A stretch of DNA of 32,000 nt from Geotalea uraniireducens Rf4 (GCF_000016745.1 NC_009483.1:1140001-1172000), one strand, 5' to 3'; counted from the stretch's first letter, positions 1 to 8,761 are shown. Notes: generated by a model from the sequence alone, not told the origin. Translations and numbers: made by a program.

Positions 1-104
1 AAGCCTTCTGGGGGGGCGCCACCGCCGATATTTTCAGACACGATGAAATATCCAGGGCGGATACCAAAGGCAGGCATACATTTGCGAAGAAAATCAAGAC
101 AGAT

Positions 105-1244
105 GTGGGGGATTACGTATTTGTACTGAAAAGAGGCGATCTCCCATTCTCCGAAACCGAAAAAAAGTTCGGTGAGGAGTTGGCCGGAGCATTTCAGGTC
201 CTCTTCAACGGGTTCAAAAAGGACGAATACGCAGCGCATTATCGAACAGCCCTCCTTGCCTCCCTCATGGACGTAACCATAGCTCAATACCTGCGCCATG
301 AACATCGTCGGGCTTTCTGGTCCATCCAGAGGCTGATCCAGCTTTTGAAAAACCTCTCTTATCAACGTTACGAGGGTACTCCCGTCACAACGGGCTTCAT
401 CATATATCGGCATCAGTTGCAAAAATTTCGGGCAGCATGTAACTCTCTGGATTGCACCTGGAAAGATTTCAAGCCAAATGTGAGCATTTCCCCGGGGTTT
501 TTCAAAAGTCCGTTGACCTATCGCCTTATCGATGGTCTGGGAACGTATTTCATGAGCAATATCAACATGCGGGTAACAGGAATGGTTAAATTCGGTAATT
601 ACGGACAACATGATGCCGTTGACCGGCTCACCAATCGCGATACCTTTTCCCTGTTGAAAAAGGCCGGCAGCGGAGCATTTGCAGTCGATATTAACATCAG
701 TTCCGAATTGGAGATCAAGACCTGTCCCGACAAGATATTTATCTGGCGGAAAGGGAGCTGGAGTCTATTCGATCCGAATGTATTCAGAAGCTTTCTTGCA
801 GGGCATCTGGATGCAAAAGAAGCGGAATTGTTGATACTGACTGTATATTCCCTTTCAAAGATTCGTCACGGAACCATTGTGCTCATTTGCGACACGGAGA
901 CACAGGATCTGGACAAACTCAAAAAAGGTTCTGTGGGAGGCAACGATTCCCTCAGCCGACTGCTTATCGATCAGGTGAAAGATCTGAAAATCAGCAGATT
1001 GAAGGAGTCCGGGCAGTTGATAAGGATTCTGTCTTCTGACGGTATGACCGTGTTCAACAATAACGGCGAACTGGTTGACACGGGATTTATTATCGACACA
1101 TCGAAAACCCCCGATCTGGTTGCGGGGGGAGGACGGACTACTGCGGCAAGCGCTGCGTCGTTGTGCGGCAAGGTGATAAAGGTATCGGAGGACGGCCCCA
1201 TAGAGCTGTACGAAAAAGGGAGAGTGATCTATACCTTTGGCTGA
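105..1244 (+). CDS. hypothetical protein; the C-terminal ~130 aa resemble a divergent DisA_N / diadenylate-cyclase (DAC) fold
   Basis: 379-aa ORF with a GTG start at 105 and no obvious SD. The same frame stays open back to position 3, so the true 5' end may lie left of the window. Residues ~250-370 read LSKIRHGTIVLI ... SSDGMTVF ... GGGRTTAASAAS ... KVIKVSEDGPIELYEKG, colinear with the DAC layout. The gene is visibly less G+C-rich than its neighbours. Confidence 0.6.
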   Translation: MGDYVFVLKRGDLPFSETEKKFGEELAGAFQVLFNGFKKDEYAAHYRTALLASLMDVTIAQYLRHEHRRAFWSIQRLIQLLKNLSYQRYEGTPVTTGFIIYRHQLQKFRAACNSLDCTWKDFKPNVSISPGFFKSPLTYRLIDGLGTYFMSNINMRVTGMVKFGNYGQHDAVDRLTNRDTFSLLKKAGSGAFAVDINISSELEIKTCPDKIFIWRKGSWSLFDPNVFRSFLAGHLDAKEAELLILTVYSLSKIRHGTIVLICDTETQDLDKLKKGSVGGNDSLSRLLIDQVKDLKISRLKESGQLIRILSSDGMTVFNNNGELVDTGFIIDTSKTPDLVAGGGRTTAASAASLCGKVIKVSEDGPIELYEKGRVIYTFG

Positions 1245-1287
1245 CGGGCGGGCAGATCAAGGCCGACACGTGGCGGTAGCTTGCCTT

Positions 1288-1887
1288 TTACCGCCAGATA
1301 TCCACCACGGGTATGGTTTTTTCCTGCACTTCGATCGCCTGCTGCCAGCAGTCACGATCCCTTTGTGCCAGCCGTGTGCTCCGGTTCCGGGCGATTTTCC
1401 GCATGTATACCGAAAAATCACCGTTAGAGAAATGGATGACCCGTCCGTGCTGTTTCCCCAGATCTTCGGCAACCAGAGGAATCCCTTCATTACTGAGAAA
1501 TTCACGGATAAATCTACAGTTGACATCGCTGACGCAGACAAAATTTCCCGCCGATTCCCGGTTCATGATGATAGTTGCCCCGCCGAACACCTTTGCCTTC
1601 AGGAAACGCCGGTCGGCGCCCTTGTCCAGCATCTCGTTGATGAGTAATTCCATGGCATGAATGCCGTAGCGACCGGCCTCAGAGGCGTAAATCGGCAAGT
1701 CCCTGGAGTAGCGACGGTTGCTGAGCAGGAAATGGTTCATGCCGATGATCTTGTTGGTCTGGTCATAGAGGCATGCTGCGATGCAGGAGCCGAGCAGGGT
1801 GGAAATGACGGTTGCATCTGTGGCGGCATGATATTCGCCGGGACTGAGTATTACGCGCTTGAATCTGCCGATGGTCTCGATTCTCAT
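1288..1887 (-). CDS. cheD: chemoreceptor glutamine deamidase CheD
   Basis: The ORF spans 1288..1917. I prefer the internal ATG at 1887 (MRIETIGRF...) because the upstream codons fall inside the 1904..1924 repeat arm. Hallmarks are TLLGSCIAACLYD (catalytic Cys) and GMNHFLL. There is a ~40-aa basic C-terminal tail beyond the usual core. No other che genes are in the window. Confidence 0.85.
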   Translation of the reverse strand: MRIETIGRFKRVILSPGEYHAATDATVISTLLGSCIAACLYDQTNKIIGMNHFLLSNRRYSRDLPIYASEAGRYGIHAMELLINEMLDKGADRRFLKAKVFGGATIIMNRESAGNFVCVSDVNCRFIREFLSNEGIPLVAEDLGKQHGRVIHFSNGDFSVYMRKIARNRSTRLAQRDRDCWQQAIEVQEKTIPVVDIWR

Positions 1888-1903
1888 GGTATGTCCGTGT
1901 AGT

Positions 1904-2030
1904 AATTCCAATTCCAAATCAAGGCGCTATCTTCGTTGGCTCGTCTTCGGCTCCTCAACGTACTATCTGTACGCCTTCGTCGCCTCACTCTTCGCCGCCT
2001 TGATTTCATCCTTGATTTGGAAATTGGAAT
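1904..2030. repeat. inverted repeat with 21-nt arms around an 85-nt pyrimidine-rich spacer, just upstream of cheD
   Basis: AATTCCAATTCCAAATCAAGG (1904..1924) pairs with CCTTGATTTGGAAATTGGAAT (2010..2030) and is complementary except for one extra A. The spacer carries repeated CTTCG motifs. Confidence 0.85.
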
Positions 2031-2480
2031 AAGAGATTCCCGCCGGCCCGAGTCCTGTAACGGTTGCAGCTAGAAGTTCATTGACCCATTTTGTTAAAGT
2101 AACATGCTTTAACCCTTGTCTCAAAATACTATTTGCTCGGACAGGTCAGGAACTTGGGTGGAGCGGGTTGATTTTGGGGTTTTATTGGGTGTTGTTAATA
2201 TATCGGTTGTGCATTTATCAGGCGAAGCGATAGTGTGGGAGACAGGATGGACTGGAAGCAGGCAGAGTGTGATTCAGCATGGGGGATTTGCTGGCCGACG
2301 GCTTGGGCGCCGCTACCGGGGCTATTGCCGCCGAGTTGATAAACGGTCAGTTGTGGGTGTCGGCATCCGGCAGGCAGATACGCTTGATAGGGCGATGGTG
2401 ATGCGGGTATAGGTCTGTTGCCGATTCAACCTTGATAGCTGATTTGGATAAATCCAACGGCATAACGCAAAACCTGGCAC

Positions 2481-2603
2481 TCAGTTATATTTGCGCCATT
2501 GCTTTTCACGCTCCTTATAGATCCTCCAGTAACGATCATTGTTGACGATTATAAGAGCCACTATAGCGACGACCCACATGATCACGATTCCGATAAGTCC
2601 CAT
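2481..2603 (-). CDS. small (40 aa) single-pass membrane protein, hypothetical
   Basis: The internal ATG at 2603 of ORF 2481..2684 is preceded by GGGAGG (complement of 2610..2615). The product MGLIGIVIMWVVAIVALIIVNNDRYWRIYKEREKQWRKYN has one TM helix plus a basic tail. It has the same orientation as the hydrolase/PRTase genes. Confidence 0.4.
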   Translation of the reverse strand: MGLIGIVIMWVVAIVALIIVNNDRYWRIYKEREKQWRKYN

Positions 2604-2813
2604 GGCAACCTCCCTTAGACCAGGTTGTTCCAGCGTGCTGCACCAATGCTTTTCAATTATATCAGCAGCAGTGTCGAAAACCACGGTTGCATGAAATTTT
2701 TTAAATAAATGGAGCGCAAGCGTCTGGACGGGCCGGCAATGAAACAGGGGGCAGGTTCCTCATCCGAAAGGAGCCTGCCCCTGTCATGCCGGTTTAAAAA
2801 GGTGGGGCATAGA

Positions 2814-3443
2814 CTAGCCCAGATGGCGGCTGAACCAGTTTTGCGCCAGTTTCGCCGCCTGTTCCAGGGTGCCGGGCTCCTCAAAAAGGTGTGTTGCGCC
2901 GGGAACCACGGCCAGTTCCTTTTCTCCGGCCAGCTTGGCGAACGCCTGCCGGTTCAGCTGCAGCACCTCCACATCGAGCTCTCCGACAATGAGCAGGGTC
3001 GGTGCAAGGACCTTCGGCAGGTACGGCATCGCCAGGTCCGGCCGTCCCCCGCGTGAAACCACCGCACTGATGGCGCTCCCCAACTGGGCCGCTCCCTGGA
3101 GAGCTGCCGCAGCGCCGGTACTGGCGCCGAAATAACCGAGCGCCATGCCCTTCAGCTCCGGGCGTGCAGCAAGCCACTGGGTGGCCCCCGCCAGCCGCCG
3201 GGCCAACAGGCCGATATCAAAGCGCTGTTCGTAAATGCGGTCCTCCTCGCTGGTGAGCAGGTCGAAGAGAAGTGTGCCGATCCCCGCCCCCTGCAAGAGC
3301 CGGGCAACGTAAGTGTTTCTGGGACTCAAGCGGCTTGAACCGCTGCCGTGGGCAAAGATCACCACCCCTTTTGCCTGTTCCGGCAGTCCCAACACTCCCT
3401 CAAGGGTAACCGCTTCGATCTCGATCCTTACCGGTTTTTCCAT
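2814..3443 (-). CDS. dienelactone hydrolase-family alpha/beta hydrolase
   Basis: 209 aa. VVIFAHGSGSS, nucleophile elbow GASTG and C-terminal GATHLFEEPG are typical of the DLH family. SD GGAAAGG lies upstream of the ATG. Confidence 0.85.
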   Translation of the reverse strand: MEKPVRIEIEAVTLEGVLGLPEQAKGVVIFAHGSGSSRLSPRNTYVARLLQGAGIGTLLFDLLTSEEDRIYEQRFDIGLLARRLAGATQWLAARPELKGMALGYFGASTGAAAALQGAAQLGSAISAVVSRGGRPDLAMPYLPKVLAPTLLIVGELDVEVLQLNRQAFAKLAGEKELAVVPGATHLFEEPGTLEQAAKLAQNWFSRHLG

Positions 3444-3464
3444 GACGTCACCTTTCCTGTCAGT

Positions 3465-4091
3465 TCATTTGAGCATTGCCACTACGTCCTCATCTTCCAC
3501 CTGGGTAAAGTCGTAGTAATAATTGCCGACCGCCATAAATCCAGCCGGTGTCTGCAGGCAGACCCACTCATCCACCGTAGGCGCTATCTCCCCTTCCGCT
3601 TCCTGCGAGGCAACCGGCAGGGCGACCACAAGTTTTGCAATCTTCTCCTGCTTCAAGGTGGAGATGGCCGCCTTGGCGGTCGCGCCGGTGGCGACCCCGT
3701 CGTCCACCAGGATAACAGTCTTGCCGGCCAGATGAGGAACTCCTTTTCCCCCGCGGTAGAGGGTTATTCGCCGGGCAATCTCCTCCTTCTGCCGGGCGGT
3801 TTCACGGTCGAGATAGGCTTTGCTCACCCCGTATGCGGCCACAATATCCTCATTGAGCACCACGGTGCCGGTCTCGGAAACGGCTCCGGCGGCCAGTTCC
3901 GGATTGCCGGGAAAGCCGATTTTCCTGACGATGAGGATGTCGAGCGGGCAATTTAGTGCCCTGGCAATTTCGTAGGCGACCGTCACCCCGCCCCGCGGCA
4001 GCCCCAGAACGATCAGGTCCGCCTTGTCCCGGTAATGGGCCAGTTTCTCTGCCAGTTGTTTCCCGGCGTCCTTTCTATCCTTGAAGATCAT
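3465..4091 (-). CDS. phosphoribosyltransferase-family protein
   Basis: 208 aa with PRPP-binding loop VILVDDGVATGAT and N-terminal LGLPRGGV. SD AAGGAG lies upstream of ATG 4091. PRTase followed by DLH is a commonly seen gene pair. Confidence 0.85.
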   Translation of the reverse strand: MIFKDRKDAGKQLAEKLAHYRDKADLIVLGLPRGGVTVAYEIARALNCPLDILIVRKIGFPGNPELAAGAVSETGTVVLNEDIVAAYGVSKAYLDRETARQKEEIARRITLYRGGKGVPHLAGKTVILVDDGVATGATAKAAISTLKQEKIAKLVVALPVASQEAEGEIAPTVDEWVCLQTPAGFMAVGNYYYDFTQVEDEDVVAMLK

Positions 4092-4231
4092 GGTCGCTCC
4101 TTTCCGGGTGCTGCATGAAAGTATTATAATTATATCCGATCCGCGCGCATTTTCTGCAATAGATTTTTTTCGGTTCGTTCGTAACGAGGTTGAATCTTTG
4201 CAAACCCTATTGAATCAAACCCTGATCCATA

Positions 4232-4311
4232 ACGCAAAGACGCAGAGCCGCAGAGAAAAAAGCTCTAAAAAACGAGCCATTGATCTTCTTTGCGGCTCTG
4301 CGCCTCTGTGT
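4232..4311. repeat. period-8 hairpin array
   Basis: The left arm is ACGCAAAG ACGCAGAG CCGCAGAG (4232..4255). The right arm is CTTTGCGG CTCTGCGC CTCTGTGT (4288..4311). In register, 20 of 24 positions are complementary, and the loop is 32 nt and A-rich. Confidence 0.85.
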
Positions 4312-4372
4312 AAATTTATGTTTTCCGCACTATCGAATACAGTTGCAGGTTTTCATCCGGAGTTTTTAAACG

Positions 4373-4550
4373 GTCGACAGGCTCCCTGGAGCCTGTCGGA
4401 CTTAGGGGATCGTAACGAGAGAATGGCAAATCGAGGACAGATTTTCGGAAATTTGAGAGCGAATAGTGGACCTATTTGTCGAAAATTTCCGGTAATATGG
4501 ACCGATTTTCCGTTCTCGCAGTAGATTCATTCCTAAGTCCGACAGGCTCC
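4373..4550. repeat. MITE-like long palindromic element bounded by a perfect 19-nt inverted repeat
   Basis: GGAGCCTGTCGGACTTAGG (4388..4406) and CCTAAGTCCGACAGGCTCC (4532..4550) are exact reverse complements. The 125 nt between them is itself an imperfect palindrome (for example TTTTCGGAAATTT / AAAATTTCCGG). An extra short forward copy GTCGACAGGCTCC (4373..4385) forms a mini-hairpin with the left arm. The right arm abuts the TAG stop (4550..4552, minus strand) of the 976-aa gene. Confidence 0.8.
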
Positions 4551-7480
4551 TAAAGATTGGCGTAGATTGTGAAGTAAATCCGGTCCTCTCCCCCCTGGTT
4601 AAATCCGTGGGCATAGCCGACCGCCGGGGTGATCTTCAGCCAGTAACCGAGGGTCATGTCGAAGCGTCCCTCCACTCCTGCCCCTACCTTGAGCCGGTCC
4701 AGCTTGAACGAACGCTGGTCGTCCCAGACTTCCCCCACATCGGTAAAGACGGCTCCGTGCAGCCTGTCGAAAAAGAACGGCTTGGTACCGAAACCACGCA
4801 GCAGATACCAGAGCGGAGCCCGGTACTCGACGGTGCCGGTGGCGACATACTTGCCGGTCTCGAAGCGGGCCGGGTAACCGCGCAGGGGGAACTGGACGAG
4901 GTTGCCCGGCTCGCCTCCCAGCTGGAAAGCCTGCTGCACGGTGCGTTCGCCGGTGGCCACGCCGCCGTTCAGGCTGTAGGTGAGCACATGATGCCGCAGA
5001 GGCTGTGAGGGGAGATGGAGGTACTCGGTGTAGGCGGCCAGGTACTCCTCCCCGTCCAGGTCTGAGCCCCGCTGCCGGGAGTAGTTCCGGTAGGTGAAGG
5101 AGATGGTGCGCCCTTCCTCGTGGCTGATTGAGTAAGGGTATTTCAGGTTGTCGGCGAACTCGATGCCGGCGAAGATGTTGTCGCGGCGACCCTGGAAGAC
5201 CGGCAGACCGTTGAAACGGTCGTTCTGCAGCCTGCTTAAGGCCGACTGGTCCTGGAGGTGGTAGCCGAAGAAGAGGCGGTAGGATGATTCGAGGAAATTG
5301 AGCGGCACGCTCGTTTCGAGGATCAGGCTCCGGTTCTGCTCGTAATAGTCACCCCGCTGCAGCAGGTCGGAATAAAAGACCGGCTGGGCGTAGCTCTGAA
5401 GGAGAAACGACGGGTAGAGGTAATCGTTCCGGTAGGCGAGGTTGTAATAGACCTTGTGATGCCCGGTGCCGTAGGTTAATTCTGCGAGATAGCTGTTGTA
5501 GCCGAGCACGTCCTGGCCAGCGGTAAAAGCACCGAAAGCGTTATGGTCCTGGTCCTCGCTGTAGATCCGCGGCAGCCAGAAACGTGGGTAAAGAGTCTCC
5601 CAGGGAGAGTAAGGGGCCGGTTTGCCGATGGCCGGATTGTCGCCGGGCAGGCTACGTTCTGCTGCTGCCGGCCCGGCATCCTGCCAGTATGGGGTGATGG
5701 ACGGTCCCCGCTGTAATGTCCAGCTGTTCCGGTCGAGGGTGAGGGACGCGATGTTGAACCCCCTCGCGGTATAACTGCTGAAGACCAGGGTGTCGTCGTC
5801 CGGGGCTGCGTCGGGCTGCATGGCTCCGCCGAGAAGGTGGCTGACCTGGTAACTTTTCTCCTCCTTCAGGTCGTAGGCAAACAGGTTGTAGACCCCGGTT
5901 TCGTCGGACACGTAGTAGATGATCCTCCCGTCCCGGGACCAGCTGGGGTAGGCGGCGTTGTAGCTGACCGTCAAGAGCGGTCTGTCCTGGCCGCTCTTGA
6001 CATCATAGAGGCGGAGTGAGGTCTTGCCCCGGTTGTCGGTCACCGCATAGGCGATGGTCCTGGAATCGGGGGCCCATCGGGGGGTGGCAACCCTTTCCTG
6101 CCGGTAAGCGGTAACCAGGCGTGGCTTCAGGTTGTTGCGGCCGTCGAGTGTCTCACGGGCATCCAGCAGGGCCAGGTTCTGACTTCCCCGGTCGTTTACC
6201 GCCAGCGCAAAGTATTTTCCGTCGGGGGAGATCTCCGGGTCCTTGATGCGCAGGCCGCTGGTCAGCCGCTGCACCCGGTCGCGGCGGAGGTCGTAGGCGT
6301 AGAGGTCCTGGTAAATGTCGAAGCCCCGCACCACCTCGGCTTGGGCAAAGTAGAGCCGGTTGCCGTCGGGGGACCAGGAGAGTCCCTGGTCCGAGAACTG
6401 GCGGCGGAATTCCGCCTGGATGGTTGCCCCGTCCCGGCTGGTGATGACGGTCTTGCTGTGGCCGTGGGGGTCGTTGACGTTGAAGGCGAGCCTGCCTCCG
6501 TCCGGGGAAAAGCGCGGATTGGTGAGGTTCTCGCCGACGGTGCTTAAGACCTTAAGCGGGGTGAACGGGGCTTTTTCCAGTGTGGCGATGCGGCTCTGCT
6601 CTTCCTTTTTCAGGTCGTCAAGCATGTCCCGGTAGAGTTCGGCGTAATCCTTGCCGTTACAGAATTCTTCCGGAGGCGTGCCGATGGCGTAGGGAACCCG
6701 GCCGGCCTGGGCCAGGCTCAGCTTTCCCAGGGTTTCCTTGCCGTACTTGTCGGCGATGAACTTGGACAGGCGCAGGCCGAAGATGTAAGGGAGATGGCCG
6801 TTGGGCCAGTAGGGAACCTCGCCGTTCACCTTGTCGATGGAGGGGAGGCTGTTCGCGGCCACTGCCGAGCGGAGGATCATCTCGTAGGTGGCGCTCCGGC
6901 CGCGTCCCACGCCGGTGAACTCGGTCTCGCTCCAGGTCGCCATCCCCTCGTGCCACCAATGGGGCATGAACACATTTGGGGGGGCGGTGAAAATGAAAAT
7001 GGCGAGGCTGATAATGTCACCTGGAATAATGGGCTTGCCGAAGATGGAGCGGGTGATGCGGGAATAGCCCCGGGCCGTATCAGAGGTGACGATGTGGGCG
7101 TATTCGTGGAAGATGATCTCCTTCAGCCAGTCATCGTATTCCCCCAGCGTCGAATCGATGGAGGGGGGGACCACCTGGATGAAGACGGTATTATAGGGGA
7201 GTGGGGTGGCGAAGCCGTTGGTAAAGTCGGTATTGTCGATGAGCACCAGCTGGGTCTTTTCCCGCGGTTTCCAGTCGAACTGGGCGGTCAGCTTGCCGTG
7301 GGCGTCCTCGGCAAGCACAGCGGCCCGTTGGGCAATCTCTTCCAGTCCCTGGTGAAAATGGATGGAAAAGTGGTCGGTTTCAATGGTCGAAAAGGAGAAC
7401 GAGGTGTCCAGTCTTGCGGCGGCTGCAGGGGAGACAAATGCGGCAAGGAGGATGACGAGAAGCAGGAGGATTTTATTCAT
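4550..7480 (-). CDS. outer-membrane protein: signal peptide + gluzincin-like peptidase domain + PD40/TolB-type beta-propeller + Omp85-type beta-barrel
   Basis: 976 aa. Signal peptide MNKILLLLVILLAAFVSPAAAA. FHEYAHIV (HExxH) is followed by WWHEGMATWSE. Repeated SPDGGRLAF / SPDGNRLYF / SPDGKYFAL / APDSRTIAY / SRDGRIIYY motifs are present. The C-terminus (RGYP...EYRAPL...GAVFTDVG...VGAGVEGRF) looks like a bacterial surface-antigen barrel. Confidence 0.85.
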   Translation of the reverse strand: MNKILLLLVILLAAFVSPAAAARLDTSFSFSTIETDHFSIHFHQGLEEIAQRAAVLAEDAHGKLTAQFDWKPREKTQLVLIDNTDFTNGFATPLPYNTVFIQVVPPSIDSTLGEYDDWLKEIIFHEYAHIVTSDTARGYSRITRSIFGKPIIPGDIISLAIFIFTAPPNVFMPHWWHEGMATWSETEFTGVGRGRSATYEMILRSAVAANSLPSIDKVNGEVPYWPNGHLPYIFGLRLSKFIADKYGKETLGKLSLAQAGRVPYAIGTPPEEFCNGKDYAELYRDMLDDLKKEEQSRIATLEKAPFTPLKVLSTVGENLTNPRFSPDGGRLAFNVNDPHGHSKTVITSRDGATIQAEFRRQFSDQGLSWSPDGNRLYFAQAEVVRGFDIYQDLYAYDLRRDRVQRLTSGLRIKDPEISPDGKYFALAVNDRGSQNLALLDARETLDGRNNLKPRLVTAYRQERVATPRWAPDSRTIAYAVTDNRGKTSLRLYDVKSGQDRPLLTVSYNAAYPSWSRDGRIIYYVSDETGVYNLFAYDLKEEKSYQVSHLLGGAMQPDAAPDDDTLVFSSYTARGFNIASLTLDRNSWTLQRGPSITPYWQDAGPAAAERSLPGDNPAIGKPAPYSPWETLYPRFWLPRIYSEDQDHNAFGAFTAGQDVLGYNSYLAELTYGTGHHKVYYNLAYRNDYLYPSFLLQSYAQPVFYSDLLQRGDYYEQNRSLILETSVPLNFLESSYRLFFGYHLQDQSALSRLQNDRFNGLPVFQGRRDNIFAGIEFADNLKYPYSISHEEGRTISFTYRNYSRQRGSDLDGEEYLAAYTEYLHLPSQPLRHHVLTYSLNGGVATGERTVQQAFQLGGEPGNLVQFPLRGYPARFETGKYVATGTVEYRAPLWYLLRGFGTKPFFFDRLHGAVFTDVGEVWDDQRSFKLDRLKVGAGVEGRFDMTLGYWLKITPAVGYAHGFNQGGEDRIYFTIYANL

Positions 7481-7768
7481 GGTCTACCTTCCGGTGCTGG
7501 AGTAAGTCAGGCTGGGCGGATTGTAACCCGACATCCCCGGATAGTAAACATGAATAATGAGACGTTTCTCTTCTGCTTGGCGGCGGGGAGGGGCAACACA
7601 TAGTTGTGGCTCCCCGCCGGTGCCAAGGCCCGCCATAAAAGGAGATGGGGTAAAACGTAACCCCGTGCCGATATCGGCTATGGCGGACCTGTCTCGCCGG
7701 TGCCGGCAATGAAATCATCGAACCTGTTGGCATCGATTTATGTAATATATCGGCTTTAAATTTGATTT

Positions 7769-8728
7769 CTAAAGTGCAAAATGACCCAGCGCCCCCCACC
7801 AGGCCGCTATCACCACAACGGCTCCGGCCAGCGCCAGCAGGGCGTTGATCCGCCGCCCGGGCCGCCCGTACTTCCCTGCCAGGTATTCCGTAACCAGGCC
7901 AAGACCTATGCCGAAGACAAAGCCGAACAGGTGTGCACCCAGATCTGTGTGTTCACCTTCTGTGCCCAACAATGCGAGCAGGGCCATGGCAGCAGCAACG
8001 GGGAGTAGCCGGCGCTTTTGCAGGTGGTGCCGGTAGTGCACCATGTTGAGGGCGGCGAGTATGCCGACGGCGCCGAAGACGAGGGTGGAGGCGCCGATCG
8101 AGCTATGGTCCGGCAGCTGCAAGCAGGCGTTGGCCAGGTTGCCGAGGATGCCGGCGCCGAGGAGCATGCTCCAGGCCAGCCCCGAGCCGAGCTCGCGGCA
8201 GAGGATGATGATGAAGACCCCGCCGATTGCCAGGTTGCCGAGAAGGTGCTGCCAGTTGGAGTGGAGGGTGAGGGCGGTGATCGGCCGCCACCATTGGCCG
8301 GCCAGTATCTTGGCGGCGTGTGCGTTGCCGAGGGCGATCCAGTTGATCGGGTGATGGCCGGGCAGAGAAATGTCGAGCAGGGTAAGGTTGTGGAAGGTGG
8401 CCAGGAGAATCAGGACCGACATGGTTGCCAGGGTGTTCTCCGTCAGGGTTCTTGCCGGAGGCAGGGGCGGGGGCCAGTTGCGGTTTTCCTTTTCAAAGAG
8501 GCGCAACTCGTCCCGGGCCGCATTGAGGTAGCCCACCGGCACCAGCAGTTGCCAGCCCGTAGCGCTCCGCTCGGTGCGGAAGGGCACGCCGCGTGCATCC
8601 AGGACCAGGGTCCAGAGGCGTACCTGCCGCTCGGAAAGTGTGCCGCTGTCTTTCCAGACTCCCAACTCCGGCGGGATTGCCAGCCACTCCTCTTCGCATG
8701 CCTCGATGTTATCTCTCTCCGGATCCAT
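7769..8728 (-). CDS. rhomboid-family intramembrane serine protease
   Basis: 319 aa. A ~100-aa soluble N-terminus is followed by TM helices with WQHLLGNL (HxxxN) and the catalytic GASTLVFG (GxSxxxF) motif. Confidence 0.85.
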   Translation of the reverse strand: MDPERDNIEACEEEWLAIPPELGVWKDSGTLSERQVRLWTLVLDARGVPFRTERSATGWQLLVPVGYLNAARDELRLFEKENRNWPPPLPPARTLTENTLATMSVLILLATFHNLTLLDISLPGHHPINWIALGNAHAAKILAGQWWRPITALTLHSNWQHLLGNLAIGGVFIIILCRELGSGLAWSMLLGAGILGNLANACLQLPDHSSIGASTLVFGAVGILAALNMVHYRHHLQKRRLLPVAAAMALLALLGTEGEHTDLGAHLFGFVFGIGLGLVTEYLAGKYGRPGRRINALLALAGAVVVIAAWWGALGHFAL

Positions 8729-8761
8729 AACAGATAGTATCGCAGATACTCAGCAGCTTAA

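Noticed and set aside
1-77. Possible minus-strand gene start (MPAFGIRPGYFIVSENIGGGAPPEG...) running off the left edge
   Set aside because: It has no SD and lies only 27 nt from the divergent GTG at 105. The plus-strand frame of the 379-aa ORF is also open over the same bases, so the window cannot resolve it.
1272-1295. Hairpin GGCGGTA-N10-TACCGCC between the convergent 379-aa gene and cheD as a terminator
   Set aside because: The stem is short with a large loop and no T-run on either strand, and it overlaps the last cheD codons.
2116-2412. 98-aa ORF, and an alternative 40-aa ORF (2279..2401, MGDLLADGLGAATGAIAAELINGQLW...) with G+C-rich third positions
   Set aside because: Neither has an SD sequence or a recognisable motif. 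The 440-bp region stays unassigned. The 40-aa frame is the more coding-like of the two but is too weak to call.
4228-4311. ACGCAAAG... resembling part of a c-di-GMP/cGAMP (GEMM-I) riboswitch, and a TPP riboswitch upstream of tkt
   Set aside because: The other conserved GEMM segments (GGCAAACC-type, tetraloop/receptor) are absent on either strand. No CTGAGA / ACCTGATCTGGATAATGCCAGCG-like TPP core is present near 12255..12743.
6794-8737. Plus-strand ORFs 6794..7603 (269 aa) and 8018..8737 (239 aa)
   Set aside because: They are antisense to the 976-aa OMP and rhomboid genes. Their products are Gly/Asp/Val-rich with no motifs.
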